From contig JAWBQF010000008.1 in the NCBI GenBank assembly GCA_038845975.1, positions 1 to 64,000 of the forward strand: a stretch of 64,000 nucleotides of DNA, given 5' to 3'. Below the pieces are notes generated by a model that was given only the letters and a program-made list of their open reading frames with translations, did no database searches and had not been told where the DNA came from. Positions 42,359-50,832 of this stretch are shown one piece after another (within the stretch, counting starts at the first letter, position 1; every line of letters starts with the position of its first letter). Source of the stretch: Candidatus Methanomethylicia archaeon. GTDB lineage: Archaea; Thermoproteota; Methanomethylicia; CALHIW01. The translations under genes were made by a program, and so were the position numbers.

Positions 42359-42370
42359 AACTCAGGAGCT

Positions 42371-42553
42371 CTATCTCATCTTCCCTCTGAATAGAGTTAA
42401 ATTCGGATTTGAGCCGAATAGGGAATTTTGAACTCTATACTTTTCACTCACCATGATTCTTATAAGTTCATCATAAGTTTTAACATTCATCCTCTTCATC
42501 AATTCCTTCAAAATCCCTACTGTCCTCCTACTAACCTGTATTGTTGTTTTCAT
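42371..42553 (-). CDS. Putative VapB-type antitoxin
   Basis: MKTTIQVSRRT...LKEL......KTYDELI...SLFGS.P, directly upstream of the PIN gene; 3' end possibly frameshifted. Confidence 0.75.
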   Translation of the reverse strand: MKTTIQVSRRTVGILKELMKRMNVKTYDELIRIMVSEKYRVQNSLFGSNPNLTLFRGKMR

Positions 42554-42859
42554 AATATAGCTATACTTAAACATTTCGAACATCATTAATATAGCATTAA
42601 TTCTAATGTTACTCATAATTTTGATTATAATGAAATTTTCCAATTCACTATATTATTTTGAGTTACTGCTGAATTGCAGTCTTAGTTTTAATTACTAAAT
42701 ACTATATGGAAAGCATTAAGACTTTCCTAAGAATGAAAGCTGGAGTCATATGCAATATGTCTATTACTAATCTTAACCTATTAGCTACATCTATAGAAGA
42801 AAGGCTTAATGAATTCTACTTATTTAAACATCATGAATAGTAAGAGTAATTCAAGTAGT

Positions 42860-43250
42860 TTACAGTAAGTTTATTATTAGTTTTCCTAATAACTCCTCTA
42901 CATAATCTATGTATTGTCTACTTTCAATTTCTACCCTTCTAATCGCCTCTACCCCATATCTCCCATTAAAGAAGCATTTTATATATAGTATATTCCCTAG
43001 CCATAAATCTACTTCTAAACATAGTTTCACCCTACTACTTAAACTCTCAAGTACAATTCTCTCCTGCTTATACATTCCTATCTCTCTCTAAACCTTAAAT
43101 AACATAAGAGCTGTTACTACCGAACTATAACCATGATTTTCAGCAGTATCCTACATAATCCTCTTTCCTCCTAAGTCTTCTTTCAAGGCAGGACTGAAAT
43201 CTACTAGATATTCAATAAATGTCTTATACCGCTACTCATAAATGCAGTCT
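42860..43250 (-). pseudogene. Degraded HEPN-like gene remnant
   Basis: LYIKCFFNG.Y...YIDYVEELL resembles the C-terminus of the 568-1287 pseudogene (LHIKYFYHG); several stops upstream. Confidence 0.35.
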
Positions 43251-43461
43251 CATAATAGCAAGTTTAAATTTTACTTAAAGATATTTTGAATGATGCTTTA
43301 TATATTAAGTTGTTTTAAAGCATTCTTATAGTAGATTAAACCACTATTTTACCTAATAATCCACCAAAGCATTCTACATATTTACTCATAAACTCTTGTT
43401 TCAATTAATATTCTAATAGGGAATTGCTTGTATTAATGCATCTGATATTATAATTTTTATC

Positions 43462-44181
43462 GGCTTTGTTAACTTAAGCATGTTTTATCACCTCTATTTT
43501 GGCTTTGTTTTCTATGAATTCCTTAGCTTTTATTTTCCTGTTAATCCATGTTTGTTTAGTATGTATGCTATTTACTTCATAAGCATTAATGTATGTTCAT
43601 TACCGCATTTATCCTTCATGCATGGTATGTAGTTATCGAATACTCTAGTTCTATCCTTAACATACTGTATTATTCTCTCCATTAGTTCTAACCTCTAAAC
43701 TATATAATTCATGTTTTAATTTTAATATTTTACTGCTTTATAAGTATTGAGCTCCATCACTTAATACAGCTATATTTGAACCGTAAATAGCTCTAATCTT
43801 TTAAGGAATGTTAGAGATGTAAGCATGTTGCAACATCACAAACCCATACATATAGAATCCTTCTTAATAATGGCTCAAACACAACATAAACAATCTTCCT
43901 CATAGACCCCACATTAATAATAGTATCATCAACCATAAAATCTAACATCCCCCCTATCAAACTCAAATAGGAAGCTTAAGATAAACCACGATAATATAGA
44001 TACATAACCTAAAACAATGAAGCTTAAAATATCTGAAGCCATTCTAGAAGAACGGAAATATATAAGCAATAAACAACTAGAGTAAATGAGGGTTCTCTCC
44101 CTACAAACCTAACAACTTTAGACATACTAACACCATAAATAAGGGAGAGAACTCCCAAATAAATCTAAAGTTAACAAAGCC
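43462..44181 (-). mobile_element. IS6-family element remnant, copy 1
   Basis: 14-bp perfect TIR ggctttgttaactt / aagttaacaaagcc; broken transposase with VDDT, LSDGA.Y and ERIIQYVKDRT..FDNY.PC. Confidence 0.88.
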
Positions 44182-44233
44182 GCTAATAGTCAAGTAAGAT
44201 TTATATGTGGGAATTACAATATAGATTGGTGAT

Positions 44234-44755
44234 TTGATGGGTAGACTTAATGGTAAGAAGGTGGCTTTTCTAATTGCAGATATGACTCATGATGAAGAGT
44301 ATAGTTTTCCGAAATACTGGCTTGCATGGGAGGGAGCTAAAGTAGTTACTATAGGCTTAAGTAAGCAACATATCTCAAGATTTAATAGATCTTTAACTGC
44401 AGATTTAACTATAAGTGATGCAAAAGCTGATGACTATGATGCTGTAGTAATTCCTGGTGGATTTGGTCCAGATAGGCTTAGAGCTAATAAGGAGGTTATT
44501 AAGTTTGTTAGGGAAATGATGGAGAAGGGGAAAATTATTGCAGCTATATGTCACGGTCCTCAAGTACTTATTTCAGCAAACATTATTAAAGATCGAAAAC
44601 TAACATGCGTAGAACAAATAGCTATAGATGTAATTAATGCTGGAGGAAACTATTTAAATGAACCTGTTGTGATTGATGGAAACTTAATAACATCAAGACA
44701 TCCAGAAGACCTACCAGCATTTACAACATCAATAATAGAGGCATTATTAAAATAA
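44234..44755 (+). CDS. pfpI: PfpI / DJ-1 family protein (type 1 glutamine amidotransferase-like)
   Basis: YDAVVIPGG..PD.LR; AAICHGP; VVIDGNLITSR.P.DL. Confidence 0.92.
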   Translation: MMGRLNGKKVAFLIADMTHDEEYSFPKYWLAWEGAKVVTIGLSKQHISRFNRSLTADLTISDAKADDYDAVVIPGGFGPDRLRANKEVIKFVREMMEKGKIIAAICHGPQVLISANIIKDRKLTCVEQIAIDVINAGGNYLNEPVVIDGNLITSRHPEDLPAFTTSIIEALLK

Positions 44756-44827
44756 TAAATATATTTTCATTCACTACTATATTAAGCTGCTTCCAACCAT
44801 GTTTTAGAAAATCAATTTAGGTAATAT

Positions 44828-45733
44828 ATGAGTGTAAGTAGAATTGTTTTAGCTATCATAATTATTTCACTACTACTATATTTTAGCTATACTATGTTAG
44901 GACGGGTACATATAGTTTATATTGCAACAACTACAAGCATAAAGGATACTGGACTTCTTGATGTAATAATACCTCGATTTGAGGAATACATGGCGAAGCT
45001 AGGATACAGTGTTGATTTGAGATGTTTAGCTGTTGGTTCTGGGCAGGCAATCGAAATGGGTAAAAGAGGAGATGTAGACATAATTATAGTTCACGCTCCA
45101 GATCTTGAAAGAAAATTTATGAATGATGGATATGGCATATGTAGAAGGATAATCGCATATAACTTCTTCATAGTTGCAGGTCCTAAAAATGATTTATTAA
45201 ACATATCAAACACCTCTACTATAGAGGAGGCGTTTAGAAGAATATTTAACGCCGGTATTAAGGGAGAGGCTAAATTTATTTCTAGAGGAGATAATTCAGG
45301 AACAAACCTGAAGGAAATGGAGATATGGAGATTAGCGGGTATAGACCCAAAAAGGTATTCAGGTGGGTGGTATATAGAGAGTGGAAAGGGTATGGGTGAT
45401 ACACTTCTAATAGCTGAAAACATTAATGGATATACGTTAACAGATATTAGTACATGGCTTAGATTCAGAGATAAACTACAGCATCTAGAAGTGCTTATTG
45501 AAGCTTCTGAAAAGCTTCTAAATGTGTACAGTGTTATCATAGTTAGAAATACTAAAAACATTGATATAGCAATGGAATTCATGAAGTTTCTAAGTAGGGA
45601 GGGGCAGGAAATCATTGGTAGCTATGGAGTGGAGAAGTATGGTCAGTCTCTCTTCAAACCAATAAGCTTAGCTGATAATAGAGTTCTACAATGGATTAAG
45701 GAGATGAATATAGATTTTGAATCTAGCTGTTAA
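44828..45733 (+). CDS. tupA: Tungstate ABC transporter substrate-binding protein
   Basis: ATTTS..DTGLL; VGSGQA...G.RGDVD....HA; FISRGD.SGT..KE; G.GMG.TL. Confidence 0.93.
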   Translation: MSVSRIVLAIIIISLLLYFSYTMLGRVHIVYIATTTSIKDTGLLDVIIPRFEEYMAKLGYSVDLRCLAVGSGQAIEMGKRGDVDIIIVHAPDLERKFMNDGYGICRRIIAYNFFIVAGPKNDLLNISNTSTIEEAFRRIFNAGIKGEAKFISRGDNSGTNLKEMEIWRLAGIDPKRYSGGWYIESGKGMGDTLLIAENINGYTLTDISTWLRFRDKLQHLEVLIEASEKLLNVYSVIIVRNTKNIDIAMEFMKFLSREGQEIIGSYGVEKYGQSLFKPISLADNRVLQWIKEMNIDFESSC

Positions 45734-46375
45734 CTACTTGAATACTCCATCCTCCATATATAGGATTTTAGTATTAAACATTTGAGCTTCAGGTAGGTAA
45801 TGTGTTACATATATAATTGTTTTACTTCCTAAAAGCTCCTTTAAAATCCTCAATACAATCTCTCTACTTTCACCATCTAAATTAGCTGTAGGCTCATCTA
45901 GGAGGAGGATACGGGGATTACATGCTAAAGCTCTAGCAAGCATAACTCTCTTCCTAAAACCTGTAGAAAGGCTTAAAGCATTCCTATCAAGTACGTTTTT
46001 CAGCTTAAACTGTTCAGCTAAAACCTCAACTACACCTCTAACATTACCCTCCCTAACACCTAAAGCAATATTTTTATAAACAGACATATTAAACACTATA
46101 GGCTCCTGAAAAACCATGGTTACATCACCTCTAAGCCTTAATGCATTATTCCAGCTACTTGTAGTATCAGTTCCAAATAGGATAAGTCTACCATCATCAG
46201 GCTTTTCAAGTAAAGCTATAATTCTTAATAGTGTTGTTTTACCAGCACCGTTAGGACCCATTATAACAGTAAACTCACCATCCCTAACCTCAAAGCTTAC
46301 ACCTTTAATAACCTCAATCCTGCCATTACTTGTACTGTAAGATTTTCTTAGATTAATTGCTCTAATAGCAATCAA
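45734..46375 (-). CDS. tupC: Tungstate ABC transporter ATPase
   Basis: GPNGAGKTT; VFQ; LSTG; LLLDEPTANLD; VTH. Confidence 0.85.
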   Translation of the reverse strand: MIAIRAINLRKSYSTSNGRIEVIKGVSFEVRDGEFTVIMGPNGAGKTTLLRIIALLEKPDDGRLILFGTDTTSSWNNALRLRGDVTMVFQEPIVFNMSVYKNIALGVREGNVRGVVEVLAEQFKLKNVLDRNALSLSTGFRKRVMLARALACNPRILLLDEPTANLDGESREIVLRILKELLGSKTIIYVTHYLPEAQMFNTKILYMEDGVFK

Positions 46376-47040
46376 AAAACCACCCTTCTAGCAATAATTC
46401 TTCCAGTAATAATAAATGTTAATATCGTAATTAGGGATATAATGAGGAGAAATATAAAGCCGAGAATTAATGCAAAACTCCAGTTACCAAGTCCAGTTTC
46501 AAAGGCTATAGCTGTTGTAATAACTCTAGTCTTAAATCTTATATCGCCACCAAGCATAAGTGCAACTCCAAGCTCACCAATAGCTCTATTAAACCCAGCC
46601 ATTATCGAAGCTATAATACCCCTTATAGAGTAGGATATAACAACAAGATTAGCTTTCCACTCACTTAAACCTAATGTTAAAGCTGCATCCTTTATTTTCG
46701 GATCAATACTTTCCACAGCACCTATAACAAAACTAATAATTAATGGAGTAATTAGTAGTGCTTGACCAATAATAATTGCATTAACAGTATATAGTAGATT
46801 AAGCCAACCTAAAGGTCCAGAACGGGTAAGTAACAAATACAATATAAGCCCCTCAAGAACTGTTGGAAATCCTATTAAGCTATTAAATATTGAGGTTAAT
46901 ACATATCTACCCCGAAATCTCCTTAATGCAAGTATAAGACCTAAAGGTATAGACCATGTTGAGGCAGTTAATGTAGCTAATCCAGCCACATAAATGCTTC
47001 TAGAAACAATATCTACAATTTCCCAATACATTGAAATCAA
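46372..47040 (-). CDS. tupB: Tungstate ABC transporter permease
   Basis: F.GR; PTV..GL..YLLL.RSGPLG; R..GELG...MLGG.I...TR..TTAI. Confidence 0.92.
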   Translation of the reverse strand: MISMYWEIVDIVSRSIYVAGLATLTASTWSIPLGLILALRRFRGRYVLTSIFNSLIGFPTVLEGLILYLLLTRSGPLGWLNLLYTVNAIIIGQALLITPLIISFVIGAVESIDPKIKDAALTLGLSEWKANLVVISYSIRGIIASIMAGFNRAIGELGVALMLGGDIRFKTRVITTAIAFETGLGNWSFALILGFIFLLIISLITILTFIITGRIIARRVVF

Positions 47041-47474
47041 ATCAACAAATACTAGAATTATTTAATAGTTTCGCTTAATAAAGGGTTTAGAGAAACATAA
47101 GCTATTAATTGTGATCATTAACTATAGCCATAATATTGAATCTGGAAGTATGTAGCTACACCATGCTTAAACTATACTCTACATACTAATTTCATTACGG
47201 ATTCATTAATAGTAACATAACATGTACTTTACGTAGTACACATCATACTTACCTTAACTATTCTTTAAGTAGATAAACTTATGAACTTTTACCTATTCAT
47301 ATTAGGAGTGACTTAACCATATTTAAATTCTAATCCTAGCTAATAGATATTACTGGCTAGAATGAGGATTAAGCTAGCTTCTATACAATTGAGCTTAGAA
47401 ACCTAGGTTTGGCTGCCCAGATCAATGAGTGGAGGGTAAAATTTTGGATATAAGAGGTATTATTACTTTATAAA

Positions 47475-48776
47475 TTAGCCAATTAGAATGTAGAAGATGT
47501 AGTGTAGCAATTCTCCGAATGCTACAGCTATAACAGTATATGGTACTCCAAGCTTCATAAACTCTAGAAGAGAAACCTTCCTTTCATTTCTCTCAATTAT
47601 ACCTACACCAACAGCATTAGCTGCCGCACCAATATATGTACAGTTACCTCCAAGGCTTCCACCTAGTAGTAGTGCCCACATTAAGGTATATACATTCATA
47701 CCTGACATTTCTGATAGCTTAATTACTAGGGGAATCATTGTTGCAAAGTATGGAATATTATCAATAAAACCTGAAAGAAGAACTGAAATCCATATCAGAA
47801 CTGCTGAAGTTAAGATGATGTTTACACCGCATAACTCATAGATTTTCAAGGATAATAGATTAATAAATCCTGTTTCGGCAAGTCCTCCAGTAATAACGAA
47901 TACAGATGATATGAAGACTATTGTTTTCCAGTCAACCCCCTCAATAAACGGCTTTAAAATGTTTCCGCTGAATATTCGAAGTATCGAAATTATTGAGGCG
48001 CCAAGTAATGGTGGAAACCACATGGGAATATTGTAGATATTCCTAATACTAAGGAGGAATATGGTTAAAATAAATATGACTAAAACCTCAACGATGAGAA
48101 TTTTATCCTTAATATATTGTTTCTCATCAAGCTTCAAAGTTTCCGCTACTAATCTTATAGATTTAAAGTATTTCCTAGCTGTAATCTTAAGAGTAAATGC
48201 GGCGATTGGGCATGCAGCCATTATAAGGAAAAACATGCTTGGTCTACCATTAAAAACTATGAAATCTATGAAGTTAAGATTTAAAGCTGAAGCAACCATC
48301 ATGCTTGGAGGGTCGCCGATCATTAATGCAGCGCCTACAAGATTTGAACCTAAGGAAACGCCAATAACATAGGGCACTATACTAACACCTAAAGTCCTAG
48401 CAACACTTATAGCTATTGGGGAAATTAGAATTGTTGTCGAAACATTATCTAGAATAGCTGAAATTAGGGAGCCTACACTGGAAAACATTATAAGCATATT
48501 AATAGGATTGGAGCCTACAGCCTTAATAAGCTTGATTGAGAGCCATCCGGCAATTCCGGATTTTTCAAGGTAATAGGTTATTACAGCCATCCCGACGAGA
48601 AGACCTACAACATTAAAGTCTAGATAGCTGAAAGCCTCATATGGAGTTAAAATGCCTAGAAGCATTAGAAGAATGGAGGAAGCTAATCCTATATAGGCTC
48701 TATGTATTTTACCCCACGCAATAAAAGCAAATGTAGCTATAAAGATAACTACAGCTATACTCATCTTATCAAGCAT
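47475..48776 (-). CDS. ArsB/NhaD / SLC13 (P-protein-like) anion permease
   Basis: SA.LDNV.T; IGDPP; DW.T..F; SG.IDNIP; LGGN.T.IGA.AN. Confidence 0.9.
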   Translation of the reverse strand: MLDKMSIAVVIFIATFAFIAWGKIHRAYIGLASSILLMLLGILTPYEAFSYLDFNVVGLLVGMAVITYYLEKSGIAGWLSIKLIKAVGSNPINMLIMFSSVGSLISAILDNVSTTILISPIAISVARTLGVSIVPYVIGVSLGSNLVGAALMIGDPPSMMVASALNLNFIDFIVFNGRPSMFFLIMAACPIAAFTLKITARKYFKSIRLVAETLKLDEKQYIKDKILIVEVLVIFILTIFLLSIRNIYNIPMWFPPLLGASIISILRIFSGNILKPFIEGVDWKTIVFISSVFVITGGLAETGFINLLSLKIYELCGVNIILTSAVLIWISVLLSGFIDNIPYFATMIPLVIKLSEMSGMNVYTLMWALLLGGSLGGNCTYIGAAANAVGVGIIERNERKVSLLEFMKLGVPYTVIAVAFGELLHYIFYILIG

Positions 48777-48823
48777 AAGTATCCGAAAATACGGGAATAT
48801 ATAAGCTTTTTTAGAAGTAGGGG

Positions 48824-49496
48824 GGCTTTGTTAACTTAAGCATGTTTTATCACATCTATTTTTGGTATTATGTTTTCTATGAATTCCTTAGCTTTTATTT
48901 TCCTGTTAATCCATGTTTCGTTCAGTATGTATATTATTGATTTTATAAGCATTAATGCATGTTCACCATCACATCTATCCTTCATACAAGGTATGTAGTT
49001 ATCGAATAGCTTAGTTCTATCCTTAACATACTGTATTATTCTCTCCATTAGATTCTTAACCTCTAAACTATATCATGTTTTAATTTTAATATTTTACATG
49101 ATGCTTTATAATAATGAGTACCATCACTTAATACAACTATATTCCATAGATAGCTCTAATTTTCTTAAGGAATGTTAGAGATGTAAGCATGTTGCAACAT
49201 CACAAACCCATATGTAGAGAATCCTCCTCAATAATGGCTCAAACGCAACGTAAACAACCTTACTCTTAGAACCTACACTTATAATAGTATCATCAACCAC
49301 AATCCTAACATCCCTCCTATCAAATTCAAATAGGAAGCTTAAGATAAACCACGATAATATAGATACATAACCTAAAACAATGAAGCACCATAACAACTAG
49401 AGTAAATGGAGTCCCCCCTAACAAATCTAACAACTTTAACCATAATTCACCATAAATGGGGGAGAACTCCCAAATAAATCTAAAGTTAACAAAGCC
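48824..49496 (-). mobile_element. IS6-family element remnant, copy 2, with 8-bp target-site duplication
   Basis: Same TIRs as copy 1; flanked by agtagggg at 48816-48823 and 49497-49504; transposase fragments at 48836-49048 and 49175-49396. Confidence 0.92.
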
Positions 49497-49501
49497 AGTA
49501 G

Positions 49502-49633
49502 GGGCGTGTCCAAAAATTCCTTTAGCCCCATCAAACCTGAGACCCCGCGTCCCAGTCCTAAGTCCTCCAACTCATCCTAAAGCATGGAAGAGGAGGAGGC
49601 TTTCCATGGAGTGGGCGATTTTTAAACACGCCC
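49502..49633. mobile_element. MITE / non-autonomous element (~132 bp)
   Basis: Imperfect TIRs gggcgtgtccaaaaa / tttttaaacacgccc; GC-rich interior. With the IS6 removed, the flanks read ttagaagtag / ttagaagtgg. Confidence 0.75.
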
Positions 49634-49882
49634 TTAGAAGTGGAGCGTAGTACTTTATCTGTTAAGCTATATCTACTGTAATGCATGGTCAGGCTCATAA
49701 TATGTATCAATTTTTAAGTCTATTTTTAGGTATTGCTTCTTAACTTTCCTGATTTATGATGGAAATATAGATTGAAGAAAATTTAAATAAGTAATACGAT
49801 TAGGAATTATGAATTGGATAACTAACCATTTCAAGCTTGTTTAACTTTGAAGCATGGTTTCCTAGTAAATTATCATCTATTA

Positions 49883-50794
49883 TTAACCTCCTATTTTAAC
49901 GTAGAATCCAAGATTTTCAATTTTTTCCTTAATCCATATTAGCTTCTCTTTCGATGGTGTATTGCGAATTGGCATTTTATACTTAATTCCTAAGTGGCGA
50001 TATTTTTCCTCTACATCATGGAATGGAAGAATATCCACTTCCTCAACTCCTTTTATTAATGATAAAAATTCTAGGAGATTAACTATGTTCTCCTCAGTAT
50101 CTGTAATTGTTGGAATAACTGGAAAGCGAACTATTACCTTCGCTCCTTCTGCTAGTAGAAATTTTAGATTTTCCTTAATTATTTTGTTTGAGACACCTGT
50201 ATACTTTTTATGATCCTCATCATTAACTAGTTTTAAATCGTATAGAAAAAGGTCAACGTAAGACATAATAGACTCCAATATACTTCTTGAGGTGTATCCC
50301 GAGGTTTCTAGGCAAGTATGAATATTAAGCTCTACACACTTCCTTAATGTTTCTCTTAGGAATTCAGGTTGGAAAAGAGGCTCTCCACCTGAAAAAGTTA
50401 CGCCTCCATTAGAGGAATCGTATATTAGAACGTCTCTCTCCAATTCCTTTACTAGCTCTTCTACACTTATTTTTCTTCCTACTAGCTTTAAGGCTCCTGT
50501 AGGGCAGGCTTCCATGCATATTCTACATTCTAAACATTTATCCCTATCAATATGGTGCCTATCATACTCATTAATTGTTATTGCATTTATGGGGCAGGCA
50601 TGAATACATTTATGGCAGTGAATACATTTATACTCAAAATATACGAGTTGGGGATTAGATAGTATTCCCTCAGGATTCTGACACCACCAACATCTAAGAG
50701 GACAGCCCTTAAGAAATACGAGAGTTCTTATTCCAGGACCATCGTGAATAGCGTATCTCTGTATGTCAAAAATCATTCCTTCCATTTCTACCAC
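49883..50794 (-). CDS. Glycyl-radical enzyme activating enzyme (radical SAM with 2x[4Fe-4S] insert)
   Basis: HDGPGIRT.VFLKGCPLRC.WCQNPE; two CxxCxxCxxxCP motifs; GGVTFSGGEP. Confidence 0.96.
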   Translation of the reverse strand: MVEMEGMIFDIQRYAIHDGPGIRTLVFLKGCPLRCWWCQNPEGILSNPQLVYFEYKCIHCHKCIHACPINAITINEYDRHHIDRDKCLECRICMEACPTGALKLVGRKISVEELVKELERDVLIYDSSNGGVTFSGGEPLFQPEFLRETLRKCVELNIHTCLETSGYTSRSILESIMSYVDLFLYDLKLVNDEDHKKYTGVSNKIIKENLKFLLAEGAKVIVRFPVIPTITDTEENIVNLLEFLSLIKGVEEVDILPFHDVEEKYRHLGIKYKMPIRNTPSKEKLIWIKEKIENLGFYVKIGG

Positions 50795-50832
50795 AGAGGT
50801 AAGCTAAGATTTTATTTAATATTGAGTTATGG

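Noticed and set aside
47401-47440. Short GC-rich patch as a possible sRNA
   Set aside because: No convincing C/D boxes, stem or promoter.
43462-49496. Composite transposon: two same-orientation IS6 copies carrying pfpI-tupABC-permease
   Set aside because: Copy 2 has its own 8-bp TSD, the outer flanks share no duplication, and the copies have diverged. This indicates independent insertions.
49456-49650. 64-aa ORF
   Set aside because: Spans the IS6 TIR and the MITE; no protein signature.
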